Under the pieces are notes generated by a model. It saw only the letters and a list, made by a program, of their open reading frames with translations, was not told the origin of the DNA and searched no databases. The position numbers and the translations under genes are program-made. Below are positions 9,518-18,723 of a stretch of 64,000 nt of DNA, in pieces (the stretch's first letter is position 1; each line of letters opens with the position of its first letter). This DNA comes from Candidatus Latescibacterota bacterium (lineage in GTDB: Bacteria; Latescibacterota; CBDEFO01), in the NCBI GenBank assembly GCA_965248755.1, contig OZ252149.1:1472001-1536000 (forward strand). The letters run 5' to 3'.

Positions 9518-10708
9518 ATGCAGATCAAGGACGTAAAGTTTTACATCCTCGAAGGCGAGCCGAGTGGGAGGCACGTCAGAGGCTCAGGCCCCATTGAGAA
9601 GGTACCTCCTGGATTGTCGGGACTCTTTACTCATTCGTATGGCATTCGTGGGGAAGAGTCGGAACATAATCCTGAACTCATAGAGTACAAGGACGATACT
9701 CTGATGCCGACCTACAGCTCTATGATGCGTTTGGTTACGGATGGGGATCTGGATGCCTACATGGGATTCGGCAGTGGTTTTCACCGTGACGAACTGGAGT
9801 GGCAGGCAAAAACCTTCAAGGCGTACACTGCCCGACTGTTAATAGGCGTGGACGCTTTAGACCGGGAATACATCTGGCAGAGATTGTGGTACGCAAGACG
9901 GTTCTCCTACCCGATAAGTGGGCAGATAGACAATATGCTGTGGGATCTGGCAAGTCGACATGCCAAGCTGCCGCTCTACAAGCTATTAGGAGGTTACAGA
10001 GAGGAGATTCCAGTGTACCAGAATATCGTCGGTGTAACGATAGACGATCTGGTCGCGGAAGCTCTGCAGGCCAAGGAGGAAGGGTATGTTGGGTGTAAGG
10101 ATCACTCCTATCGCGGTGTGGAAGGAAATATCGAAATGGCACAGGAGCTCCGCGCCGCAGTGGGAGATGATTTTCTCTTAATGCACGATCCTGTAGAGAA
10201 CTATACCTACAACGATGCCGTAAAGGTTGGACGAGCTTTGGAGAAACTCAACTATTCCTGGATGGAGGAGCCTCTTCAGGACTGGGACTTTATGGGACTC
10301 AAGAAGTTATGCGACACATTGGATTTGCCGATTTTAGCTTTAGAGTGGTCAGGAGCAGTAACCGGAGGACAGCCGTTTAGCGCATCTTCATTTTTGGCCA
10401 TGCAGGCTGTGGACATCGTTCGTCAACGTGGGTGGAGTATAACGGCAGAGATGAAGGTAGTCCATCTGGCCGAGAGCTTCGGAGTCAATGTGCACGGGGG
10501 AAATCCCCATGTAGTGCTGGCTACAAGAAACGATCCAACATTCGAGCTGACCTCCTTGCATGGAGCAGGTGCTCCGAGCGATGAGAAACTTACTGTCCGG
10601 GGTAGACCTGTCGTTGAAAACGGATATTTGTACATCGCTTGGGCGGACAATCCTGTAGAGGAACCGAATTGGGACGAGATCGAAAAGAGAGCTTTGGCGG
10701 TAATCTGA
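9518..10708 (+). CDS. Enolase-superfamily (MR/MLE) enzyme, tandem paralog B
   Basis: Same motifs; near-identical to A over long stretches. Confidence 0.9.
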   Translation: MQIKDVKFYILEGEPSGRHVRGSGPIEKVPPGLSGLFTHSYGIRGEESEHNPELIEYKDDTLMPTYSSMMRLVTDGDLDAYMGFGSGFHRDELEWQAKTFKAYTARLLIGVDALDREYIWQRLWYARRFSYPISGQIDNMLWDLASRHAKLPLYKLLGGYREEIPVYQNIVGVTIDDLVAEALQAKEEGYVGCKDHSYRGVEGNIEMAQELRAAVGDDFLLMHDPVENYTYNDAVKVGRALEKLNYSWMEEPLQDWDFMGLKKLCDTLDLPILALEWSGAVTGGQPFSASSFLAMQAVDIVRQRGWSITAEMKVVHLAESFGVNVHGGNPHVVLATRNDPTFELTSLHGAGAPSDEKLTVRGRPVVENGYLYIAWADNPVEEPNWDEIEKRALAVI

Positions 10709-10902
10709 GGTCTAGAAAAGACTGCGGATGAACCAGTAGATCAAGGAATTAACAGAAGGAATTATTGTAATAACGGACAAATGTAAGCGCGACCGCTTCG
10801 TGGTTTACTGCCGCCGCTTTGTCCTCCCTGACAAAGCTCCCGTGGCGTCTCGTCCGTACAAAAACACATTCCGTAATCACATTAACAAGAGAGATTCTTT
10901 CC

Positions 10903-12096
10903 ATGCAGATCAAGGACGTAAAGTTTTATATCCTCGAGGGAAAGCCGAGTGGGAGGCACGTCAGAGGCTCAGGACCTATTGAGAAGGTACCTCCTGGATT
11001 ATCTGGACTCTTTACTCATTCGTATGGCATTCGTGGCAAAGAGTCGGAACATAATCCTGAACTCTTAGAGTACAGGGACGATACCCTAATGCCCACATAT
11101 ACCTCGATGATGCGTATGGTCACCGATGGGGACCTGGATGCCTACACCGGAATCGGCAGTGGTTTTCATCGTGACGAACTGGAGTGGCAGGCCAAACACA
11201 TCAAAGCGACCACTGCCACTCTGTTGATAGGCGTGGACGCTTTCGACCGGGAATACATCTGGCAGAGATTGTGGTATGCAAAACGGTTCTCCTATCCAAG
11301 AATTGAAGACAAGATAGACTTTATGCTGTGGGATCTTGCCAGTCGACACGCCAAATTGCCGCTCTACAAGCTATTAGGAGGTTACAGGGAGAGGATTCCA
11401 GCGTACGAGAACATCGTAGGTGTAACGATAGACGATCTGGTCGCAGAAGCTGTGCTGGCAAAGGAGCAAGGGTTTGTTGGGTGTAAGGATCACTCCTATC
11501 GCGGTGTGAATGGGAATATCAAAATGGCACAGGAGCTCCGCGCCGCAGTGGGAGATGATTTTCTCTTAATGCACGATCCTGTCGAGAACTATACCTACAA
11601 CGATGCCGTAAAGGTTGGACGAGCTTTAGAGAAACTCAACTATTCGTGGATGGAGGAACCTCTTCAAGATTGGGATTTGATGGGACTTAAGAAGTTATGC
11701 GATACGTTGGATTTACCGATATTAGCTTTAGAGTGGTCAGGAGCAGTAACCGGAGGACAGCCCTATAACGCATCCGGATTTTTGGCTATGCAGGCTGTAG
11801 ACATCGTGCGCCAGCGCGGGAAGGACATAACAGCACAGTTGAAGGTGGCCCATCTGGCCGAGAGCTTCGGGGTCAATGTGCACGGTGGAGCCCCCCATGT
11901 AGTCCTGGCTATAAAAAACGATCCAGTATTTGAGGCTGCCTCCTGGGGAACAGCAAGGGATCTTACCGATGCAAAACTTACTTTCCAGGGCACGGCAGTC
12001 GTTGAAGATGGCTATATGTACATCGCTTGCGGGGATCATCCTGTAGAGGAACCGAATTGGGACGAGATCGAAAAGAAAGCTCTGGAGATAATCTGA
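10903..12096 (+). CDS. Enolase-superfamily (MR/MLE) enzyme, tandem paralog C
   Basis: Same motifs; ATG at 10903 by alignment. Confidence 0.9.
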   Translation: MQIKDVKFYILEGKPSGRHVRGSGPIEKVPPGLSGLFTHSYGIRGKESEHNPELLEYRDDTLMPTYTSMMRMVTDGDLDAYTGIGSGFHRDELEWQAKHIKATTATLLIGVDAFDREYIWQRLWYAKRFSYPRIEDKIDFMLWDLASRHAKLPLYKLLGGYRERIPAYENIVGVTIDDLVAEAVLAKEQGFVGCKDHSYRGVNGNIKMAQELRAAVGDDFLLMHDPVENYTYNDAVKVGRALEKLNYSWMEEPLQDWDLMGLKKLCDTLDLPILALEWSGAVTGGQPYNASGFLAMQAVDIVRQRGKDITAQLKVAHLAESFGVNVHGGAPHVVLAIKNDPVFEAASWGTARDLTDAKLTFQGTAVVEDGYMYIACGDHPVEEPNWDEIEKKALEII

Positions 12097-12247
12097 AGAT
12101 TAGAAAGAGACTGCAAACGAACGTGCAGATCAAAGAATTAACATAAGGAATTATTGTAATAATGGACAAATGTAAGCGCGACCGCTTCGTGGTTTACTGC
12201 CTCCGCTTCATCCTCGCCTCACCACGTTAACAAGAGAGGTTCTCGCA

Positions 12248-13423
12248 ATGCAGATCAAGGACGTAAAGTTTTATATCCTCGAGGGCGAGCCTAGCGACAG
12301 GCACGTCAAAAACACAGAATCTGTTGAGAAGGTACCTCCTGGATTGTCAGGAATCTTTACACGTTCGCATGGCATTCTTGGCACAGACTCGGATTATAAT
12401 GAAGAACTCATAGAGTACAAGGATGATACTCCAACGCCGACATACAACTCTATGATGCGTCTGGTCACCAATGGGGATCTGGATGCCTACACTGGATTCA
12501 ACAGTGGTTTTCACCGTGACAACCTGGAGTGGGAGGCAAAACAGATCAAAGCGACCACTGCCACTCTGTTGATAGGCGTGGACGCTTTAGACCGGGAATA
12601 CATCTGGCAGAGATTGTGGTACGCCAAACGGTTCTCCTACCCCCGAATTAGCGCGAAGATAGACTTTATGCTGTGGGATCTGGCTAGTCGACACGCCAAG
12701 CAACCCCTCTACAAGCTATTAGGAGGTTACAGGGAGAAGATTCCAGCGTACCGGAATCTCCCCGATGGAACGATAGACGATCTGGTCGCAGAAGCTGTAC
12801 AGTTCAAGGAAGAAGGGTTTAAGGGGTGTAAGGATCACTCCTATGGCGGTGTGAAGAGGAATATCGAACTGGCACAGGAACTCCGCGCCGCAGTGGGAGA
12901 TGATTTTCTCTTAATGCACGATCCTGTCCAGAACTATACGTACAACGATGCGGTAAAGGTGGGACGAGCTTTGGAGAAACTCAACTATTCGTGGATGGAG
13001 GAACCCCTCCAAGATTGGGACTTAATGGGACTCAAGAAGTTATGCGATACATTGGATTTACCGATATTGGCTTTAGAGTGGTCAGGCGCGGTAACAGCAG
13101 GACAGCCGTATAACGCCTCGGGATTTTTGGCCATGCAGGCTGTGGACATCGTTCGTCAACGTGGGAAGGATATAACGGCACAGATGAAGCTGGCCCATCT
13201 GGCCGAGAGCTTCGGGGTCAATGTGCACGGTGGAGACCCCAACGTAATCCTGGCCATAAAGAACGATCCGATATTCGAGAAGGGCGTCGGCATGGGCACA
13301 TTGGGAACAGCAAGCGGCAGGGCCGTCGTCGAAGATGGCTATATGTCCATCGATTACAAGGATCATCCCGTAGAGGAACCGAATTGGGACGAGATCGAAG
13401 AGAAAGCTCTGGTGGTAATCTGA
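12248..13423 (+). CDS. Enolase-superfamily (MR/MLE) enzyme, tandem paralog D
   Basis: Same motifs; C-terminus near-identical to A. Confidence 0.9.
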   Translation: MQIKDVKFYILEGEPSDRHVKNTESVEKVPPGLSGIFTRSHGILGTDSDYNEELIEYKDDTPTPTYNSMMRLVTNGDLDAYTGFNSGFHRDNLEWEAKQIKATTATLLIGVDALDREYIWQRLWYAKRFSYPRISAKIDFMLWDLASRHAKQPLYKLLGGYREKIPAYRNLPDGTIDDLVAEAVQFKEEGFKGCKDHSYGGVKRNIELAQELRAAVGDDFLLMHDPVQNYTYNDAVKVGRALEKLNYSWMEEPLQDWDLMGLKKLCDTLDLPILALEWSGAVTAGQPYNASGFLAMQAVDIVRQRGKDITAQMKLAHLAESFGVNVHGGDPNVILAIKNDPIFEKGVGMGTLGTASGRAVVEDGYMSIDYKDHPVEEPNWDEIEEKALVVI

Positions 13424-13522
13424 CGCTTGATCAGAAAGGATATCGGCGAAATAAGCAAAACTGTCTTCGGAAGAGGGATGGCAAAGCGGTTTCAGAATGA
13501 AAAGGTAACTGAAAGGGTGTGC

Positions 13523-13775
13523 TATCGGGTCCGGACTACCCCCCGAGTCTGAAACTGCCGGTAAACGACATTCAGGATCAGGAGCCGAAGTAACAAAGGT
13601 CTTTTAAGGGAACAGACGAGCGGCGGATTCTCTCGACGGGGTTCATCGGCCGAGAGTAGGAACCGTACAGATTCCGGCAGGCGTGCAAAAAAGGGGAGAC
13701 ACGTGTTCCTGTTTCAGGGCTTTGGTGAAATAGGGAAGAGCACGCTGGCGTTCAAGGCCCTGCCAATGCTGACGA
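13523..13775 (+). pseudogene. Remnant of a STAND/NB-ARC-like P-loop NTPase
   Basis: Frameshifted pieces STGFIGRE*, FRQACKKG and VFLFQGFGEIGKSTLAFKALP (Walker A at ~13718). Confidence 0.55.
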
Positions 13776-13900
13776 ACGGAAGACCCGAGTTAGGTCAGAG
13801 GCCCTTCTAAGATCAGTGGATCGGCGTTGTCCAGACGGTAGTCAGTTCCTAAGAAATGTTCCTGCCAACTTGAGTTCACCCTCCAGTTAATTGAGAGCTT

Positions 13901-13929
13901 TTGTCAAGTATTTATTTAGTTCCTATAAC
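13901..13929 (+). promoter_or_regulatory. Candidate sigma70 promoter upstream of the PIG-L gene
   Basis: TTGTCA-17 nt-TATAAC. Confidence 0.35.
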
Positions 13930-14157
13930 AATTCTTCTGTCTACCTGTCTGAGGCGCGTTTAAGGAAAGCAAGCACTACTGGAACAGTCTCGAACACGAA
14001 CGCAGCATTCCTGAGACCCCCCTTGCTGCTGAAAACAGCGCGAGTACGGGTCAGCGGGTTGAGGTGGACGACTTCCTGTGAAGGAGGCTGACGGCAGGCT
14101 GAGCCCGTAACATCAAATGACTAAGCAGACCGTCTAACGGACGAAAGGGGATCTCAA

Positions 14158-15021
14158 ATGAGCGATCCACTGCGTATACTCTCGGTAGGAGCACACCCAG
14201 CCGACATCTTCGACCAATCTGGGGGAACCATGGCCCACCACGCCAGTCGTGGCGACTACGTCGGCTGTGTGGTGATGACCCATGGAGCACGAGTGCACGA
14301 CGAAGTGATCAGCAATTCGATGTTTCACCGTGACGAGGTCCCGGAAAGTGAAGAGCTTGTGCGGCTCATGGGAGAGCGGTCAGATGTTAAGGCCGAGGAG
14401 ACTCGCGGGGCCTGCGAGATATTAGGGGTAGAGGACATACACTTTTTCGGAGCCGACGATGCAGTGCAACTGGTCACCGAGGAGACTGTGCGGCGTCTGG
14501 CGCGACTGTTCCGTGAATTGAGACCTGATATCCTCCTGACCCACTTCCCGAAGGAAAACGACGGACTGGTGAATGCACATGCCATCACCGGGCAGACGGT
14601 CTTGGCCGCCATAAATCTGTCCGGCAGCGTTGAACCGGGAGATCGGCATCCACCTCACCGGGTGGCACAGGTCTTTTTCTATGGAGCGGGTGCGGCCTCC
14701 ATTCGCCGGAATCTGTGGGACTCTGAAGGCGGTTACTACAACGACGTGTTCGTCGACATCACGGACGTGGTGGACAAGAAGCTGGCGGCCTTGGACTGCA
14801 TGGTGAGCCAGGGCTACGCCGGAGCGTATGCGCGCAAGCGGATCGAGGCCAACGACGGGGCCTTTGGCATGTGCGGCCACTGCGCCTACGCGGAAGGCTT
14901 TATCTCGATGAACGCGGAGACCCATCACTACCTCCCGCTTACCGAAAACGCGCTCCAGACAGCGCGGTCCTCGGATCACGAGGTCATAGACCGAACATCC
15001 TATCGCATACCCGTGGATTGA
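14158..15021 (+). CDS. PIG-L/LmbE family deacetylase-like protein
   Basis: ILSVGAHPAD..GGT, MTHG, RELRPDILLTH, VDITDVVDKKLAAL..SQ, YAEGF. Confidence 0.85.
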   Translation: MSDPLRILSVGAHPADIFDQSGGTMAHHASRGDYVGCVVMTHGARVHDEVISNSMFHRDEVPESEELVRLMGERSDVKAEETRGACEILGVEDIHFFGADDAVQLVTEETVRRLARLFRELRPDILLTHFPKENDGLVNAHAITGQTVLAAINLSGSVEPGDRHPPHRVAQVFFYGAGAASIRRNLWDSEGGYYNDVFVDITDVVDKKLAALDCMVSQGYAGAYARKRIEANDGAFGMCGHCAYAEGFISMNAETHHYLPLTENALQTARSSDHEVIDRTSYRIPVD

Positions 15022-15619
15022 GGACCAGTGACCCACGAGCGCTCACGCACGCAAAGATTTGCAGTCAAGTTTAGCCACCTCATGTGCGTCGTGACGCCAA
15101 GATTCTTCATGCGTTCCCATCTCCGAATGATCCATCTTTAGCCGAAAGTATCTCGGTAAACTTCACGTACCCTTTCTTCCGCGTCCACGCCAGCGGTGTA
15201 GTCCATGCTTCATCGTCGGGAAGTCCGCATCCACCGGAGCATTGACTCTGACGAGAGCATCTTTCTTCCGGGAGTTCACTCTTTTGTACGGATGCTCAGG
15301 ACCGACAAGAGCAAGCGGAGCGCAGAGAACCTGCTGGCACCGTTGGCGGTTCCCGAGGCGCTGCAAAAGTACATTTCCGGCAAGGGCAGGATCAGCGTTT
15401 CCTTCTAATGAAGATCATGACCGAATCGAACCGACACCGATGTATTTGCTTACATGGAACAGATAAAATCGAAGCTGGAGAAACGGGGGAACTTGGGGGC
15501 CTTGGTCTCCAGAGAAAATCTTGAGAGGGAAGACTTAGCCCGAATAGTTCACAAAAAAAGGACGTGTATTAATTAAGGGATTGTATTATATTATAGTTAT
15601 GCCGTTTAACCACCTTCGG

Positions 15620-15741
15620 TGTCATTGCGAGCCGGAGGCGAAGCAATCCCGATTCTGTGGTAGATGTAATACTCTCCGGCTCTCATAGGAGATCACTATA
15701 AAACCTTGAGATTGCTTCGTCGCTTTGCTCCTCGCAATGAC
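15620..15741. repeat. Palindromic MITE-like element (GTCATTGCGAG...GCAATC / GATTGC...CTCGCAATGAC), resembling Rickettsia palindromic elements
   Basis: Terminal IR GTCATTGCGAG/CTCGCAATGAC and internal IR CGAAGCAATC/GATTGCTTCG. Related half-elements at ~26683-26714 and 58652-58713. Confidence 0.8.
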
Positions 15742-15871
15742 TCCACCAAGTTTATGAATTAATCGGGTTAGCAGAGAAAAGTATAAATTCCTGTCGAAGT
15801 TGTGGCTCACTGCTTCAGATGGCGTCTGCGCCCAAAGCTCACCGGGAATCCAGCGCCAGGGTGCTGGATGG

Positions 15872-17308
15872 TCATTTCTGTTCAATTTCGCTGATGTACT
15901 TCCACGCCTTGGCGCGGAGCTTGGAGAAGGACGCCACCGGCGGGTTCTGGGTGTCGGGACCGTCCCAGCCGCTCTCGTAGATGTTTGTTGGCCAGTAGGC
16001 GGTGTCATGCGGCCAGAAGTGCGGCGGCACCGACGCGCGCAATTCCTCGAGCCACTGCGCCGCCTTATGGAGAGTATAGTAATCTTCCCATTCCGGATCT
16101 GTAAAATTCGGGTGCGCGACCAGTTGCTCCAGATGTCGAAGCAACATGTAGTCGATAGCTCCGTCGCGCATGCCCTCGATGCCCACGGAGTCAATAGGGC
16201 CGTCGGGTCCTGCGACAGCGTGGCTGTGCTGGATGGCGAAGACGTCCTGCGGCCCGGCGAATTCACGTAAGTCGTGCGAGTACGCCCACACGAGCACACC
16301 CTCCGGACGGACGGCCCAGGCCCACAGCCCGGTCAGGTACCGGTGAATCGGCGCGTTGGTGCCGCGCATCGCCGACGTGTATATCCACAGCCAGGCACCC
16401 TGTTCCTGTGCCCGGCGTCGGATCTCTTCGTTCATGTGCTCGATATTCAGGATCCACATGTCGAGCGCATCTCCGAAGACCATTACGCTGTAACCCGGTA
16501 TGGCCGTCCCGCTGAGAACACCCAACTTGTGTGCGTCGGCTGCGTATTGGCGAACCAACTTCTCCCTGTGCAGGCCCGGCTCATCCACGTTGCCGCAGAC
16601 AAGGGGCGGCCACTGATCAGGGTAGCGCGCCAGCAGCTTGGCCTCGATGATGTGCTCTGGATGGACGGAGAGGCACAACAGCGGATGTTTCGGACCGATG
16701 AGTCCTTCCTCGATAGCGGCGTCGATGCGCCAAGCGATCCGCGCGGCAGTGTTGTCCTGCGTGGGTGCATGCGGTAGAGAAGCGTGCACGGTATCGGGCC
16801 GCGGAGTGAAGACGTTCAGCAGATGATCGCGCATGCTGCGCCGGATGAGCGGCTCCTCCTCCGGCCTGGGCCACGTGAACGGGTTGTAAAACCCCAGGCC
16901 GATGTCGGGCTTCGGCAGCGGCTGGGTGACCTCGAGGTTGATCGTTACGCCCTCAGCCACGGGCACGGTAAACTCTCCGGGCTTGTCGGCGTACAGTCTG
17001 ACAATGGGGTCCGGCCTGGGTCCGACGCGCCAGGGCAACAGCCACATAGGCACGAAACGCTCGCCACCTGCGACGAACGGTCGCTGGTCTCCCCAGAGCC
17101 AGAAAGTCTCGGCGCGCACTCCGTCCGGTGCTTCGACCTTCGTCTCCTGCACGTTGTGCAGCCGGAGCGTCGTAGCGGTACCGGCCGGCAGAATCACGCG
17201 CAGCGCATGAACCGGCGCAGCGCTCACCTCCGATACCTCGGTCGCACCCGGCGAAAGCTCGGCAGGAACTGCGGTCACGGACAATAGCAGCGCTATCACC
17301 GCCACCAT
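15872..17308 (-). CDS. Secreted hypothetical protein with GH123/DUF4091-like C-terminal region
   Basis: Signal-like MVAVIALLLSVTAVPA; VDEP, GLWAWA..GVLVWAY and EGMRDGAIDYMLLRHLE; visibly GC-rich. ORF extends to 17398. Confidence 0.55.
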   Translation of the reverse strand: MVAVIALLLSVTAVPAELSPGATEVSEVSAAPVHALRVILPAGTATTLRLHNVQETKVEAPDGVRAETFWLWGDQRPFVAGGERFVPMWLLPWRVGPRPDPIVRLYADKPGEFTVPVAEGVTINLEVTQPLPKPDIGLGFYNPFTWPRPEEEPLIRRSMRDHLLNVFTPRPDTVHASLPHAPTQDNTAARIAWRIDAAIEEGLIGPKHPLLCLSVHPEHIIEAKLLARYPDQWPPLVCGNVDEPGLHREKLVRQYAADAHKLGVLSGTAIPGYSVMVFGDALDMWILNIEHMNEEIRRRAQEQGAWLWIYTSAMRGTNAPIHRYLTGLWAWAVRPEGVLVWAYSHDLREFAGPQDVFAIQHSHAVAGPDGPIDSVGIEGMRDGAIDYMLLRHLEQLVAHPNFTDPEWEDYYTLHKAAQWLEELRASVPPHFWPHDTAYWPTNIYESGWDGPDTQNPPVASFSKLRAKAWKYISEIEQK

Positions 17309-17633
17309 AGCAATGACAAGGAACACTTCTATCCCTAGTTCATAAATCGGCTGGTCTGTCTCTTGATGTAACTTGGCTGCAATCTGAAGAGCTTTCATAT
17401 TTCAGTCCCCGCTTTTTTCCATGGTTCGTTCAGCTTCTTCATCGCCGCCACGTCTAACTGACTGGATTTTCAACTATCATGGGCCGGATGAGCGCATGCA
17501 GGTGGGTCATACCGCCCACCTTTTCCCCGGCGAGCGTCCGTAAGGCATAGTGCATGGGCTGCATCCAGGCCGGCTGTAGAAATTCGATCATCGGATCTGG
17601 TTCGCCCAGCTTCTCGGTTTTTCTGATTATGCG

Positions 17634-18590
17634 TTAGGCTTCGGTTTCCTGTCCTTCAAAGAGTCGATCCCAATCGTGATGCGATCGCGCCACGCTCTCG
17701 GGATTCTTAAGGCTGCGGACGACAAAGCCGGGCACATGAGGACGACCAGTTGGAAGCCCAATTGCGCTATAGCGAGTATCGACGCTCCATCTTATGGTGT
17801 TAGACGTGTTGGATAACGATCGATGCACCAACCGTTCCGTCGTCATCAAGACGTCCCCTACATTCACTTCACCCGTCACGATTCCACAGTCCGGCAAATC
17901 GGCATCCGCAATGCCTATATTTTCCCTATCACCGGGAAGAGGAATCCGAGCATTATGGGGCAACAGACCCAAACGATGCGATCCCCTCATCATCTGCATA
18001 CAGCCATTTTCGGACGTAGCCGTCACAAGAGGAATCCAGAAATTCGCAACCAGCGTATCCCCCGCTTCTTCCGGTGTCAGGAATGCCAGATCCTGGTGCC
18101 AGGGGATGACGGTCTCTTCCTGATCCGGTAATTTTGTGCGTATGTTGAACGTCGGGTGGCCTAAAATCTCTGGACCGATTACTGATTCCAAGACATCCAG
18201 CAGAGACGGCCAGGTTCTAAGTATGAACATCCCGGCCGTACGGGGTTTCTGTTTCTGGTCGGAGATATCCTGCTCGTAGAAATACTGTTCCCAGGGCCAG
18301 TTGCGCTCTGAGCAGGTCCTGCAGATAAGAGAGAGGCGCGTCTCAAAGGGCGCGTCTTCAAACGTGTTCGACGGGTCCAGGATCCGCCGCTTGACCGCCT
18401 CATGCGCAGCCTCGTCCACCTTCTGCTCCATTTCGTCAATCAACGGTCGAAGTGCCTCGCGTGGGAGCAGGTCGCGAACGATCAAAAAGCCATCGTCTAT
18501 AAACTGCTGGATTTGATTGGGCGTAAGACCTGATGCTGTTGATTGTTCTCGATCAGCAATCTGGTCCTCTGAACCCTCGACATCGGACAT
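17634..18590 (-). CDS. Phytanoyl-CoA dioxygenase (PhyH) family Fe(II)/2OG oxygenase
   Basis: PWHQD, FWIPL..ENGCM..GSH, VHRSLSN..RWSVDTRY; RBS AGGAGG before ATG 18590. Confidence 0.9.
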   Translation of the reverse strand: MSDVEGSEDQIADREQSTASGLTPNQIQQFIDDGFLIVRDLLPREALRPLIDEMEQKVDEAAHEAVKRRILDPSNTFEDAPFETRLSLICRTCSERNWPWEQYFYEQDISDQKQKPRTAGMFILRTWPSLLDVLESVIGPEILGHPTFNIRTKLPDQEETVIPWHQDLAFLTPEEAGDTLVANFWIPLVTATSENGCMQMMRGSHRLGLLPHNARIPLPGDRENIGIADADLPDCGIVTGEVNVGDVLMTTERLVHRSLSNTSNTIRWSVDTRYSAIGLPTGRPHVPGFVVRSLKNPESVARSHHDWDRLFEGQETEA

Positions 18591-18723
18591 ATAATGCCTC
18601 CTTTCTGGAACCAAGGTTTTCTCCAAAAATAGGTTGACGATTCTAGGTGCAGTTGGACCTTCTTGAACGCTGAAAAAATGATCAAGTTAATTCTGGTTGA
18701 TCCCACGCCGGCGGACGATCCTG

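Noticed and set aside
9368..12247. CRISPR array from the repeated spacer motifs
   Set aside because: The repeats are separated by 1.2-kb genes; no cas genes.
8192..13423. Diversity-generating retroelement explanation for the paralog variation
   Set aside because: No reverse transcriptase in the window, all copies are full genes, and the differences include indels and are not visibly adenine-restricted.
15022..15620. Short ORFs 15163-15466
   Set aside because: No clear RBS or recognisable motifs; probably non-coding or unidentifiable debris.
15622..17287. Numerous overlapping alternative-frame ORFs
   Set aside because: Shadow ORFs of a GC-rich gene; the same applies to antisense ORFs over secDF, IS256, ribD and others.
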